DNA of 64,000 nt from Laetmonice hystrix (GCA_965235115.1 OZ249436.1:39062001-39126000), one strand, 5' to 3'; positions 11,827 through 64,000 are shown, counted from the first letter of the stretch. The notes: a model not told the origin generated them from the sequence alone. Numbers and translations are program-made.

Positions 11827-13715
11827 CTTGACTGTTGTCCGATTGCCTACTCCCATGATACTGCTGTACTTATGCTCACTGCCTTGAGTACAGCTCTTTT
11901 ATGTAGGTGCTACCTAGAGGGTGAGCGCAGCACCAGTAATGTCGTCTTAGACTTTGGGAAAAAGCACGTGGTGATGTCACAATAGAAATTTTTATTGACA
12001 AGCAGACAAACAGTGAGGTGACACTATTATTCAGCTCTGTGTGAAATCTCTTGTTCAAAGTGTCATGACATCGTTCGTGCCATCTTCAGAAGGAGGTGGG
12101 TCACACAAACCTCCATGATCTTTGTGGTGTTTCAAGTTCTGGTTTTACATGAGGATTTTATGTGAGACAGTATGTGTGGACCTTTAACAAAATACAAAGT
12201 CAAAGGCCTAGTCCAGGGAAGGCTGTAGCTTGGCCCAAATATGGGGGGGGGGGGCAGTTCCTCCTCAGCAAGTATCACCTAGGTTTGTCGATAACAGTGT
12301 TAATATCGAGGATTCCATTTTTTTTAATTGGAAAGCTCAGGGGGGCAGCTTCCCCCCCCCTGCAGTGTTCTGGGGCTGTCAGTTCTTTCTCATTTTAAAA
12401 CCTTCCTGTTACACAAACTGGCCCATTTATCTCTCCTCTCCAGCACCATCAGGTTCCTTGGGAAAGTGAAAAACCACAATGAAGTGATGGGGGCAACAGC
12501 GTGTGTATTCACTAGACCCAGGCATTGCCAGGGTGTCACGTGACCGGATATTGCTGCCCCATCTCGCCCTATTGAAAGTTCAGATGTAGCATTAGAGGGG
12601 CCTTTTGTAGACCAGCTAATCAGCAATCGACTTCGACGTTTGTGTAGGCTTTATTATAACTAGGTAACATTGTAATAACAAATAACTTCAGAAACAACCA
12701 TTCAATTTTCAAATACACCCTAACTGTCTTAAGTTAAGGCCTAACAACAAATGTGGTTTTTAAATGAATTTTAATGAAAAAGAACATTTGCAGGAATTTC
12801 TTTCAGTACAAGCCAATAAAGTTGATATAAAGTGGGTCTTTTAACTTTGAGATCATAATTATTATGAATAACCTTGACACAATAAGCCAAAAAGACAGGT
12901 CTTTAATTGAGATGGCCTTTACCAAAGGTAAAGATGAAAACATAGAATGTTCATAAGCTTTGTAATTCAGGTAGTCTGTTAAATAATGAACAGTTATTAG
13001 CCATCCGCCTACAATCAGGCAAAACAGATGTACAACATTATTTCTGACTGCAGGAAGAGTACATGCTGGAGAATAACCCAAGTTGTCTGGCATCATTTGT
13101 AGGTTTTATTATAAATGAAAGATCAAGGAAATTGATCTCATTCTTGTTTAAATTAACAGGTAGCTAGTCCCGTGGCTACCCCTTGGCCATTGTTCTGAGC
13201 AGCACTTGTGACTGGGTGTGAGTTCACGGTTATCTATCAGAGTTTATGACCTTCACTTCAGCCCATATTATCATTCAACATGTAGACACAACTGTAACAG
13301 AGTGTGCTAGCCTCCAGACACCAACTACTGTGTTACTAGGCCTGGATTGACATGTTGGTTCTGCAGGGCACTTATCACTAAATTATATGTGCATTTCTCA
13401 AACTTTTCTCAAAGTGATTCAGAATTTTTTCTACGTTCCTGCCATTTTCAGAAGTGATGTTCAACTGTTCAGCAGATACGTCCTTAATTATATACATGTA
13501 GTTAATCTGCTTCCAGACTGTGGGATTAAATGATCTTCATGATCATTATATCTATAGATTAGAAGTGGTTTAGCATGGCTAAAAAAAAAATAAAATTTAA
13601 AAACGAATAAGGCAGCCTTTTAATCTTTACTGATATTAGCAGCATTAGCATGGTCCTATTTGAAACACCTGCTTTTGTGTTGTCGTTTAAGGTTTCTCAC
13701 CTGTGACATCTCAGA

Positions 13716-52221
<38,506 letters not shown>

Positions 52222-55200
52222 CCACTATCGTAATTAACTCTCGGAAAGGCTGATGATCGATTGGCTGCCAGCTAAATTATTACGAAAGTAATGATATTAA
52301 ATCTAGTCCGAATGTGATGGTCCGGTAGATAATAGAGGGAAATAAGATTAGCGACTTAGACAATGCAAATTGCTATATCATTAGGATGCTGTTAATTCGA
52401 GCAGGAGTGTTTCTCTATGTGTTTTTGTGCGGGTCATTTTGTTTCTCTATGTCGCCCCCTTTGAACAACGGTGCATACCACCAGTGATATTTGTCCAATG
52501 ACTTGGGCATTGATATTAACTTAACTTAACGTTGTAATTAACAAGGTAATAAACAAACGGTCCAGACTCTTTTTTTTTAAGGGAGCTGACATTTTCAAGG
52601 TGCTCGTACCAAAGGTCATACACAATGTAGACGGATGTTATGCCAATGGGGTACCCCTTAGAACTAATCCGACAGGTGGCGCTGTCAGTAACTACGATAT
52701 GCAGTAGGCCTGGCTAGGCTTGGCTCAGCCTGGCTGAAGGCTCTGCTGAACCACGTTAGCTTATCACAGATTGTGAGCATAGTAGCAACCATTAACAGAA
52801 GAAGCATCACGACATCGAGACATAGAAGATTGTCCTAAGTCTGAATAGACGAACTGAAGGTCTTTTAGCAGCCTAGACGTCTAGGCTATATTGCGGCACA
52901 ATCAAATCACGTGATCAAAACATTGTCCCTGCTCACTGCCGACAGTACCTTACGGGCGTACACTAAAGATAATAGACAAGTCTTCAGTTCTGTACGAGGG
53001 GTATTTCATGAAATATCACATTTCAGATACCTACGCCACGTTAGGTGTTCATTTGCATGTTATTCCAATACTGGCAATAGTTACAAAAGTTGAAGTGACA
53101 GCTGGAACTCCGCCATTTTGAATGTCACGTCTAGGCTGATTGGTTCTGACAATAGGTCTAGCCTCGAACCGGTAACATTGATACAAATAATGGTTTTTAA
53201 AGTTTTTGTCATCTTTTAAATTGGGTATCTTTTGATGTCGAAAACAAAAGAGACTTTATTTCCGCACTTTTCACGATGTCTGAATATTACAATCGTGGTG
53301 TAATCGTGGCTTGATGGCAGCCACCCTATCCTTTACAATAGCAACATCGTTTTTGGATGGCTTAGTTGGTGGAAGCGCCACCTTCCGAGTGTTTTGGCGT
53401 ATAAGAGTTGTGTCAAAGTGTATTCCACTGCGACCCAAAAGTAACTTTAAACTTCTCAACGTAACCCAAGAAGTTGGCATGCTTGTTTATAATTGGTCAT
53501 GGTCTGACTAAAGATCTTTCATCGCTGGCTAACTTAATTAAAGTAGTACCGTTTTTTCTGCCTTCCATTTATTAAGGAACATACCAGGTGTTCGACGTTT
53601 TCTCCAAAAATGCCGCGATGTCGAGGGTGGACAATGGGTAGGACAGAGAGGCGGGTTATAGCATCGTCTATGATTGATTGTTTTCGTTCTTTATCAACAT
53701 TTGTTATGTATCAAGTACAGCAGTGCGACGGAACTCGGGTACTTGTTACGATATCCAACGGTTTCTTGTTTTTCAGTGATTTTGTTCATACAGGCCGATA
53801 GAGTAAGGTTTTTTTTTTAAGACAGGGACAAATTTCCTTGGACCAATATACGTCAGAAATTATCACATTCCTGACGGATGCGTCGATGTAAATTAAACAG
53901 CCTGCAAGTCTGCTAGTCACCAGCGGAGATCTAGTTCGGTCACCGCCTTTAGTGCACGTTTCTAGTGCCTGTTTTGTACATTTATAGACAGAGCAGTTGT
54001 GATGTCTTTTGTTATGGTTTAGTGAGGGCAAAGAGGCAGTGTTTTACAGTGCTCGTGCGTGTAGTGTTACGGAATAGTATCAGTTCATACAGTAACCATT
54101 TGTGTAAAGACACATTGGTTGTCAAAATGGCGTCCTCCTATTTTACGAGGATCGACCTTATGCTGTTATGGTCGAAAGGATCAGCTTTGTGTGTGTGTTG
54201 TGTGTGTGTATGTTTGGGGGGAGGGGTTGGAGGTGTGCGCTCACATGTTAGTCATTAGGAACTTTACGGTCAGAGATAAGCACTTGTTAAGTGTTTTTTT
54301 AGAACTTTCAGATTTTCTGAGGAAATGCCCATATAGGCTCCAAGGCCTAGGACCACACGATGCCAACTTAAGCTAAGCCGAAATGCTGTTGCATATTTTA
54401 CCTGATTGCAGGTAAAAGTTGTTTCTGTGTTTTGGGGTTTCGGGGTTTTTTTTAAAGTCTATGTTGGGCATTTTCCGAGAATAAAAGGAAAATCTCAAGA
54501 GAGCTGAGAGTCATGACATTAAGGGAGGCTTGTTTTGAGTTAGGCGTAACATTCAGATTAAGATAGTTTGAGACGTAACAGAGAAAGATATGGACACACA
54601 CATTAGTTGGAAGGTCGTATATCGGTACTGACCTAAAAACCGTCTCAAAGTGTGGCTGCAGATATTCTACGGGGTTATAGGTAGGAGTCTATGCACAGCT
54701 AAATCTTGCATAGCTCAGTCACTTATCGTAACAAAACGAGATTTTAGCGTTACCTGCTAAATGGTAAAATGTAATAAAAACATTTGACGGCACCTAAGAT
54801 TTTAATGGTTTTGAAATAGTTTAAATTGAATAAAACTTCCGGTGTATTTATTATAGGCATAGAACAAACACTATTTAAATGTAATTGAACGTAATTCATT
54901 TGCAGTCGTGGAAACTGTAATTTGTTTTTTCTTGATCCAGTACCAGTATAACTGAAGTGTTTCCCACAAACAACCAAACACTAGACTTAACGTTACACTA
55001 GTCTGGAAGGTACATTAACATTCAGGGTATGATGTAATAATGGTGATGAAAGTATTTGTTAATATAAGTATGGCCATTTAATGTGATAACCTATTTTTCT
55101 ATAATATATCATTAAATTGGTCGTTGATGAGATTGGATGTAGTTGAAATAGGAGTCGTAAGACAATAAAATGAGCTGAATGACGTATGCAAAGACAAAGT

Positions 55201-55255
55201 AGACTAGAGTTCTTTCTGACATTTATGATTTTTTACTCTTTCTTTTCTGCCTTAA

Positions 55256-55773
55256 AGGTAATCGATCACCCTACGGCCGCGAGTTTTGTTGAAGCGGTGT
55301 CCCCATCTCCTACGAATCCGCGTATTTCAAGCTTACCTGATCTTGAATCTATCCCACTGGACTGATAAAACATTCTGTCGTATCCATAATATTGTTGTGC
55401 TAGGTCTGTTGTTGATTATGAGCCATGAGGAGATACATCCCATATCTTTCATCTCAATGGACTGAGAACCGAGAACGACCGCCATGGCCGCGTTAGCATT
55501 GTTAGGGCGGTCGTTACTAAGCAACGGGATCGGGCGCATGCGTTGCCTCGCAGTGCTCCGCCCGCCCTCCCCCCATAATCCAAATAAGGGCATGATTTGA
55601 TTCGCGTGCTCTCGTCTCTAGCCAAATAGGTAAACGCTTAATTAATTAATTAAAAATATTGTCGATATGGACGCGCCATGGTACCAGACTGCTAGAAACC
55701 CCTTAAAATAATTGTTTTTACTCAAGTTTTGTTGAATTGACTGCATTTATTTCAATTTTCGGACCAATTTCCT
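55256..55773. mobile_element. Kolobok-like element (degenerate TIRs, TTAA flanks)
   Basis: TTAA-AGGTAATCGATC ... GGACCAATTTCCT-TTAA. Confidence 0.45.
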
Positions 55774-55913
55774 TTAAGCGGGGGGCCACACTGGCGCAGA
55801 AGCCTATGAACAGCCGACGATCTTTCTCACGAACTAATGCCGAACTGCCAAGATCATCATCTGTAAAAAGGGCCTATCCTGTAAGTTCGCCACCTATACG
55901 TGGCCTCTCGTAA

Positions 55914-56170
55914 AGTCGGCCTCACACGGTGCGATTTTGCTGCAATATCGTACAACTATATCTACGATATGTCGCGATATCCTTGATTGTCGAGGTAGAC
56001 CGCGATACAATTTCTCGCGAAACGAGGTTGTCTTGTCACATGGTAGACTTTTGAAAATTTTTCAATCGTGCAACATTGTATCATACATATCGTAGATAAT
56101 CGCAGCGTGCGAGAGGTCGTAGCGTGTGAGGGGATGCACCATACAATTCTCGCACCGTGTGAGGCTGGCT
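55914..56170. mobile_element. Harbinger-like MITE
   Basis: AGTCGGCCTCACACGGTGCGA / TCGCACCGTGTGAGGCTGGCT. Confidence 0.7.
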
Positions 56171-56171
56171 C

Positions 56172-57088
56172 ATACCGTAGTCACACTAGAGGCGGAATGA
56201 GCCAGAATGCTGTCGGAGTGAAAAGTCTTGGTATATTCCTGGATATTCGAAGTGCATTCTAAAAGTTCTGACTGCATTCTGAGTGCATTCCAAATATTCG
56301 GGCCCATTCTTGTGGCTGGCCCGAAGGTTTTGCTCATGCTCAAAACTTTCGAGGTGCATTCGAAGTGTAAAAATATCGAATGGCATTCGAACTGTATTCT
56401 AATTGCACTCTGACTGCATTCTAAATATTCTTACGGCATTCCAACAGCATTCGAAACATTCTGATTGCATTCGAGGGAAAATCGAAACGGCAAGCCACTT
56501 CAAATCCTGCCAGAATGTTCCGAATGCCCCTCGAATGAGCCGGAATGCACCTCGAATGCATCTCGATTGCTGCCGGAATCTATACTCGGGACATTCGTGT
56601 TACATTCTAAGTACATTTGAAGTGCATTCTAAGTATTCGAGCTGCAATTTTGGACGTTCGAACCATATTCGGCGGTCATTCCGGGAGCGTTCTGGCTGCA
56701 TTTGAGGTGAATTTGTACAGCATTCGAGGCACCTTCCAACTAGACTTCGGGTGGTATTTGGGCAGCAATCGAACCGCACTCGTACGGCATTCGAGGTGCA
56801 TTCTAAATATTCTGACTGCATTCTAACAACATTCTAAATATTCCTACTGTGTTCCAACTACATTCGAGCTGCATTCGAGAGCTAATACACCCGGAATATG
56901 CAAGAATCATTCGAGGCGTGTTCGAAGCGCATTCTAAGTAGCCTATTCGAACGCCATTCTTACAAAGCTGTAAGAATTTTGGTTAACTTGAAATTCCCTC
57001 CCGAATGTGGCGCGAATTTGGAGAATTCTTCAATCCGGCTGGTTCTGCTTGATTCCTGCTGATTCCGAATAAGTGTGACGGGGGTATT
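56172..57088. mobile_element. About 0.9-kb non-autonomous TIR element built of GCATTCGA/CATTC micro-repeats
   Basis: ATACC...GTCACACT / AGTGTGAC...GGTAT ends, and dozens of CATTC/GAATG motifs in both orientations. Confidence 0.65.
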
Positions 57089-58916
57089 AGATCCTGACCT
57101 GCGATACGACACAATTCACTACATGTGCCAGCAATTGTGTAAGATACGGCAACAGTCTGAGATACGCTACGATGGGCCTCTCACTTGCTGTGATTATGTA
57201 GGCCCCCTACAATACAATGTTGCACGATTGAAAAAGTTTGAACATGTTTAAAAGTCTACGATGCTAGCACTGGCGCTGGCTGTCGCTCTCGGCCTCTGGG
57301 CCGGGGACGTTCCTATTGGCTAACCAGAAATTCACGCTAATTTTTATGAATCGCGCCTCAAACTGTGCTGTAATCTGATTGGACGGGACTCGTCACTAAA
57401 CGCATGGACCTAGGTGACGCTGCGAAGCACTCCCCCACGAGAATCAGGCGTGGTGTCGCGAGGGGGGAATCACTGGAAGCGGCTCAACCCCGAGCATGGG
57501 AGGATGTATCAGGAGCTACTCCACGTAAGGCCCTTTTGCTCCCTCAATAGATGAGCTCCTCACCGGTTGCATGATTTCCTAGGCCCTTTCCACTGTTTGG
57601 GGACTTCAAATATATTATGTTAAGCAATGCAAAATTGAGGGACATATTTTAGTCGAATTTTGTAGAGGATAAATAGGCCTAAAGAGATGTAGCCTATGAT
57701 TGTTCTAGGAGTCAACCCCATGAAACAATTTTTCTTAACCCAGTACACATTTTCCGCGCGCGGATGATTTCTGCCGCAAAAATATTTCATTTTTTAGATA
57801 TTTCGCATGTCCACGCGGATGCGACACGATTCCACATCGGTTTATTTCCGGAAATGCAATTTCCGTGTGCGGATGAATTGTTTCCGCCTGCCCGAAAGTT
57901 TTCGTTTCAGCGTGGCCCCTGCTCTACCCTCTTATTTTTCCGCAAATCTGTTGGCTTCCTTTTCAATTTCATGACTGAATATCAACGATGATTGTAAGAG
58001 TAAAGCCACCTCAGTACTTGGTGAGTAAACTAAATTATGACCACTGGCATACACAGAACCACAGCACAAATGTCCTTGATCTAGTAAATTTGAAAAACAT
58101 GTATATATTTGTAGTATGTTGTCTATAATCAGTGGGGCAATTCACTATATTTCATTAGATTTCTCCATTTCTGTTTTATTTATTGATTTATGTAGTCTAA
58201 GGCCTTTTCTAACTTTTCGTTCCTTTTACCCGAGATGGGTCCCTGTCTAGCTTGGGCTGCGACACCGCCGAGATTTTGTACTTAACGTTCCGCCGACTGT
58301 CGGATGTTGGTCAGACGGACGGACGGGCGGACGTACAAACAGACACATGGTAGAGTAAGGTTTAAACATTTTGAATGGAAACATAGTATACCTTTATTCC
58401 AATATTTGCATTGAAAAACATTGCCGTTCAACGGTCAAAAACAGAGTTATGTTTGCTATATCATACAGAGTAGAAAACTTATTGACGCCCGTAAAAGATT
58501 AGGCCTACAAAACGTTGCACTCAGTCCAGTAAATTAATGTATAATCTCGTTGCACACATAATTATAAAATAAATTGTTACATACAATTTTGTTCAATTAG
58601 CACTTGTTAATTCAATATTTTCGCTGGGACCACTCAGTAAAGGCGAGACCTCGGCGTACTAGTCGTTATTATTATTTTGGTCCCAGTAAAGAAAATTAAG
58701 GTCGCATCCCCTTAAAATCCTTCAACCGAAAATAAAACATCTCAAGCGAACCAACAACCGTGTCGAGATGATGTCTGCAGTTGGTGTGTGGCCTAAAAAC
58801 CACTGTACACATTTTCCGCGCGCGGATGATTTCTGTCAATGACATGTGTTAATTCGGGGGAGGGCTGTCCTCTTCCCCCTCCTACAAAATATATTTTAAC
58901 TGACAAAAGTAGAATA

Positions 58917-59771
58917 TATCGGGTGGATAAAAAAAACCGCCCCGAACTTTAAACTTTAATATCTCCAAAACTATCCATTATAATTCAATAAAATTTCTCT
59001 TAATATAACTTCCTGATATTATCTCTTGTATGTTAAAGTTTCAGCTCAATAGCTCTGATATTAATCCCGTGGCACTAAAAACAAAAATCAGTGTCTAAAA
59101 ACACAATGCCGGAATTAGGTCAAATATCATGCAGCCAGGTGTCCAATTTGACACTTATTTGATGCACCGCATTGTACCTTGGGTAAAGAAGTTTTCAATA
59201 TTTAGTTTTTGCATGGTTTACAATATGTATAATGTTGTGAACCACTAGATATAATAAATTAAGTGCTATTCCTAGTACTTCTAGAGAAACCCAGATGTTT
59301 AATTGGCCAACCCCTACAAAGAAACTGCAACCTTATGACGATATGACTGTAACCAGAAGTTTAAGGGAAATCGTATCATAATCACGTTTAGAAACACGTT
59401 CAGAACGCTGCTTATTTCCCAATAATGGGAAGATAATTCCCTATCAGAGATCAGGAAGTGCATTGGCGCATGTAAAAAGAGACTGAGAGCAGTATGAAGT
59501 GAAAACGGGGGACCGATTGACCACCTACTCTAGTGTGAGGCCAGGGACTCTGGTGCGACTACCACTCGCTTTAGCCCGGCATTGCGCTTTTGTACAATGA
59601 TTTTTGTTTTTAGCGCTACGGAAATATTATCTAAGCTATTGAGTTGTAACATTAACAACTAAGAGACAACATCATGAAGTGATAGTAAGAAAAATTTCAT
59701 TGAATTACAATCAATACTTTTTGAAATATTGGAGTTTAAAGTTCGGGGCGTTTTTTTTTATCCACCCGATA
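58917..59771 (+). mobile_element. Internally deleted Tc1/mariner-superfamily element with long TIRs and a transposase C-terminal remnant
   Basis: TATCGGGTGGATAAAAAAAA.CGCCCCGAACTTTAAACT inverted ends in TA context, with inverted similarity extending about 190 bp. 59426-59533 reads WEDNSLSEIRKCIGACKKRLRAV*SENGGPIDHLL*. Confidence 0.85.
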
Positions 59772-59972
59772 TATATAGGATATCTCAGCGGAAGACGGAA
59801 CACAGTCTTCGGGTCAAGTTTCAGCTGCCGCTACTGTCATGGTATCGCTTTTCCTTTGTTAAAAAAAATGTCGCTCCCTGCACGACATTCTCCATCACTA
59901 ATCTCCCCGACAATTACATCACTTGTATGTGACAGAGAAGTCGAGCTGTTCATCCAACGTGGAGCCTCTCGA

Positions 59973-60314
59973 TCAAATCATGTCCGGGGTTATTAGGGCA
60001 AATGTTCAGCTGAACGGTCAAATCATGCCCGGCGTATTGGGTCAAGTGTTGAGCTGAACGGTCAAATCATGCCCAGCGTATTGGGTCAAGTGTTGAGCTG
60101 AACGGTCAAATCATGCCCGGCGTTTTGAATCAAGCGGTGAGCTGAACGGTCAAATCATGCCCGGCGTATTGGGTCAAATGTTCAGCTAAACGGTCAAATC
60201 ATGCCAGGCGTATTGGGTCACATGTTCAGCTGAACGGTCAAATCATACCCGGTGTATTGGGTCAAGTGTTGAGCTGAACGGTCAAATCATGCCCGGATTA
60301 TTCGGGCAAGTGTT
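59973..60314. repeat. 44-bp minisatellite (about 8 copies) just downstream of the ACSBG stop
   Basis: Unit TCAAATCATGCCCGGCGTATTGGGTCAAGTGTTGAGCTGAACGG. Confidence 0.95.
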
Positions 60315-60325
60315 GCAAATTACGC

Positions 60326-62327
60326 TCATGTCTCCGTGTAGAAAGCCTCGATAGTTTCGTGATATTTTTGCAGGACAACAGGTCGTTTCAGCTTTAAGGT
60401 TGGTCCTGCAAAGACACACGTATCAAATAGAGTGGTTCACGGTGGCATCAGTAGTTTAATAAAGTGTGGCACAAAGAACGATAATAATTATCCTTTAAAA
60501 AATCATTATCTCCAGACTGGTAAATAAATCGAAACATTCTATGCTATTACGTTAACTTGGCCTTTTTTTAAATCAGGATCTTTGTCATTCATTGGATCAC
60601 CCTAAACATTTCCATTACCCAATTCTCCTCCTGGTATGGAGAAATCCTGAGGTAATACGGTCCACTTTTGGATCTTCTGAGCCCTTGATATTGCTTTGGT
60701 GTTGGCCTGGTCGATGCCAGTTTGAATGGCCTTCATGATACGTTCGTCGGTGGTTTCAAGAATGCCAGAGACTGTGGTGATGTTACTGTCCAGAGCCCGG
60801 CACCAGGCGATGGCGGCCGGATCGAGACGATCCTCCGGTTCCAAGGTGTCCACGTTTACCAAACACTGCCGAGTAACAAGGACATCAGTTCCAGTGGCCC
60901 GTCTCGTATGAACCTCTCATGAACCCCTCGTATGAAACCCCTTTTATATCCATGGAACTAAGATTTTGAACCATGAATTCTTTCGAAATAACAGTAGGAA
61001 CATGTTCTAAACTTGTCATTTCCGCCGGAACTCTATTCCCTCCTTCTATATTAGCTGAGCTCTAATTTAAGCATGGTTGTGTAAAGAAAATTCTATACCA
61101 GTGTGACAAGATAAAAAGGAATAGGGTGGGTGAGAATTAAAGAACTAAAAGACATCTATATGTCCAACAGTCGGTCCAGTAGGGTCCTATATATACAGTT
61201 GACTTACTCTCATTGTTAGAAGCATGGCGAGGAATTTGCGCTTGTCGCCAATCAGCATGCAGTTACTGACACAGGGCAGCGCCGACTTGACATGGTCCTC
61301 AATAAGTACAGGTGCAATGTTCTCACCGCCAGCCGTTATTATGAGCTCTAAGAAAACACAACATAGTATACTAATTCAGTGAGGGATCCAGGATTTTGAT
61401 AAGGGGGGGGCCAGGATTTTGATATGGGGGGGCCCACCTATTTTTTGTGATTTTGACTGTACTAATACTAATGCATCTTCATCCAAAAAGAAAAGAGAAA
61501 AAAAAAAGGAAATCTAAGGGGGCCGGACCCACTAGGCCCCCCTGGATCCCCCACTGCTAATTACGCAATCCAGCATTTCTATAGAACGTAGAAAATATTA
61601 GTGATGATGAAGTAAACGTTTACAAACTCACTCTTGTGAAACACCAAGTAAGGAAACGGTTATAATTCTGGGCATTGCCTGACCTTTTATACGGCCTGTG
61701 ATGTGGAGGTGCGTGCCAGTGGAATCGAATTTGCCTAAATCACCAGAATGTACGAAGCCGTCCTCGTCAACCGTCTCTTTTGTTTTCGCTTCGTCGTGTA
61801 GATAACCCATGAAGGCGTTACGTCCCCGCATACAAATCTGGCAAGGTGAGAAAATTAGGTTTCTTTGGGATTCCTTGGGATGTTGGCTATTTCAGTACTC
61901 AACTTTCACGCCATTTTGCTGCCCGATTTTGTAAACGTTTAGCACTACACCGTGTAAGGCCACCCCCTGTCGCTAGTCAACATTTCCATGTAGCCCTACT
62001 TTTTGGCACTAATGAGGTCACACATTTTGGTGACAGTCAGGAAGAATGGCAGTGAAATTCCGCCGTTAAATAAAGACAAGTCGTATGGAGGTGCAAGGAT
62101 TCGCCCCCATAGAACCACACTCTCATTAAACAGAACAGGGAGCGAGGAGCGGCGCGACTATTGATGACATGAGGCGTTCAGTTTCAGCTTCGAGTTTTCT
62201 TAAAAGTCTAAACATACCTCTCCAACTCCTTCTTCGTCCGTATTTAGTATCTTCGTCTCCATACCCAGAACTGTGGAGCCGACACTGCCGAGTAGAAACG
62301 ACCACGGAACCCCTATCGTCTGCGGAC
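60326..62327 (-). CDS. ACSBG: Long-chain fatty-acid-CoA ligase, bubblegum family (ACSBG1/2-like); last 5 coding exons, 5' part apparently beyond the window
   Basis: Exons 62327-62218, 61837-61684, 61347-61208, 60865-60619 and 60405-60326 give ...GVGEICMRGRNAFMGY...HSGDLGK...HITGRIKELIITAGGENIAP...NCMLIGDKRKFLAMLLTMRC...AISRAQKIQKWTVLPQDFSIPGGELGPTLKLKR...FYTET*. Confidence 0.93.
61377..61556. mobile_element. hAT-like MITE with 6-bp TSD
   Basis: TIR CAGTG(A/G)GGGATCCAGG/CCTGGATCCCCCACTG, with CTAATT on both sides. Confidence 0.8.
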
Positions 62328-63115
62328 CTGTAGGCAGCACGCTCCATTGTAAGTACAAGAAGCTTACATGCATGGGAACCTGCTCATGGAGCACTTGGGT
62401 GAGGGTCCGAGGGGTGCTTCCCCAGATTCAAATTTTAAATTTTCAGTGGAGCTCCGGAAAATTATGTCCAATTGAAAAACTGCTTGAGTTCAATTTAAGT
62501 CTATGTGGGAATATTGTAGACTCGTCGTATAACGCCAGCCTCCACAGGACACACATGGTTTGCTCAGATAGCAACATCTTTTTCTTGTACTGTATTGTTT
62601 TTTGTTTTTTTTGTACGTTTTTCTATTATTTCCCCAAATTTTACAACAGACCTAATAGCGTAGTAAATAAACAATGGTGAATTGATATTTATAAAGAAAC
62701 AATAAAGGGAATGTCTCTCAGCCAGGGAAACCAAAGAGACTGGTTTTCGTTGACATCCCTCGTTATACACAATTTCAATAAATACAGTATACAAAAAGTC
62801 GGGAAGGGCTTCAGAAACAACAGTGGAGTAATACACCGCAATGCAGGGTACTAAGAGAAAAAGAGAAAATAGATAAATACACATGTAATAATAATGAAGA
62901 GTGGGGAAAAATTAGTAAGATTGAGAAGGAAAGAAAGAAGACGAGGAGCAGGACCTATTTATAGTCAATTATATAAGTAATTAAATGGAAATCTCACTCC
63001 CAATTCGGAATCTTTAAATTAAGTTCTCCCTTGACCATATTTTTAAACCTAGCTAAGTTTTCAGAACTACGTTTTTCAAATGATAAGCAATTCCATATTA
63101 TTCCAATCGAGTATT

Positions 63116-63400
63116 CTAGACTGCGCATGTATGGTGCTGTGTGAGGTGTTGAGGTACATTTATGACAGGACCTTCCATGTTTCTGGTGTGGCAATGTCGT
63201 TTGTCAAGGAGATCATCACATTTCGAGCGTTTATAACCCTCAATCTGTTGATGGGCAAATCTCCTATCTGACAAGTGTGGAATTTTTCCCTGAGAGTGCA
63301 GATTAGCGGTGGCGATATATCCATGTTCTTTACAGCATATTTTTAAGCATTTGTTCTGTGCTCGTTGTAGTTTAGCTAGCCTACGTAGTAAGCCTTGTGC
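63116..63400 (-). mobile_element. Degenerate LINE (L2/CR1-group) ORF2 C-terminal fragment in an ACSBG intron
   Basis: LAKLQRAQNKCLKICC...TANLHSQGKIPHLSDRRFAH resembles the LQRxQNxxL..LH...LxDRR motif found after the RT domain of such LINEs. Confidence 0.6.
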
Positions 63401-64000
63401 CGAGCCAACAAGGCTTACAGGCAATGGCTTAAATTCCTGGCGGGCCAGACCACACCCAGGCCAGACCACCACCGCTTGCACTGATCAACTCACCGGCATC
63501 CATTTATCTCGACAGTAAGTGTGTGGGGTCATGAAGCAGTGTTTTTAATAGTACAACGTCAAATTCATGTCTAGATCACCCGTTTAACGGCGTTTTACCG
63601 GCCGCCATGTTGCCTTTGATCCCAGCATGCATCTCTCCGACGCACTCTCCTACGCAGAGTCTCGCTTACTACTGTGTGAAGCGAAAGCGAAGCGGAAGTA
63701 GCTCTGCGTTGGAGGGTGTCTCCGACGGTAATGGCGGCACTCAACGAGCATTGAAATTTCTCGGTTCAAGAGATGTGACTGTCTTTATTTTGTCGCATCG
63801 TGCTTTTCCAGCTTGCAGATATGAGAGATAAGTTATTTTGAGTTTATTCATCACTTTTTCATCAACATATAGAGACAAGGGAGGGCTTTTCATGGCAGAC
63901 AGAAGATTTGTCCGGGTACGCTCGGAAATTCTGAACAGCGATCTTCGGCTCTGTACAGAGCACAGAGCCGAATTCTTTGGCTATAGTTTAGCTAGCTAAG

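Noticed and set aside
63595..64000. Promoter-like motifs (YY1/ETS) and a hairpin at the right edge
   Set aside because: The region lies in an ACSBG intron and is truncated by the window. It may be a transposon fragment and cannot be resolved here.

Overview
Genomic DNA from an intron-rich animal, probably a bilaterian invertebrate; the species cannot be determined from the sequence. The window is dominated by a complete HERC1 giant E3 ubiquitin ligase gene on the + strand (ATG 13716, stop 52221). I assembled 74 GT-AG coding exons by hand with consistent phases, giving about 4,979 aa with RLD1, SPRY, UBA-like, WD40, RLD2 and HECT domains. Head-to-head with it is a complete archease gene (ZBTB8OS, RtcB tRNA-ligase cofactor) on the - strand (7611-4324, 7 exons, 158 aa), which the ORF track misses. 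Archease has consecutive 25-nt and 11-nt micro-exons and a minor-spliceosome (U12) intron. The 3' five exons of a bubblegum-family long-chain acyl-CoA synthetase (ACSBG, - strand) converge on HERC1 from the right. The probable 5' end of an unidentified - strand gene lies at the left. Introns and intergenic DNA hold many MITEs (several with unusual 6-bp target-site duplications), two LINE 3' remnants, a deleted Tc1/mariner element and several minisatellites. I found no CRISPR array, tRNA or rRNA, and no wholly new biological system. The most notable items are splicing, regulatory and transposon oddities.
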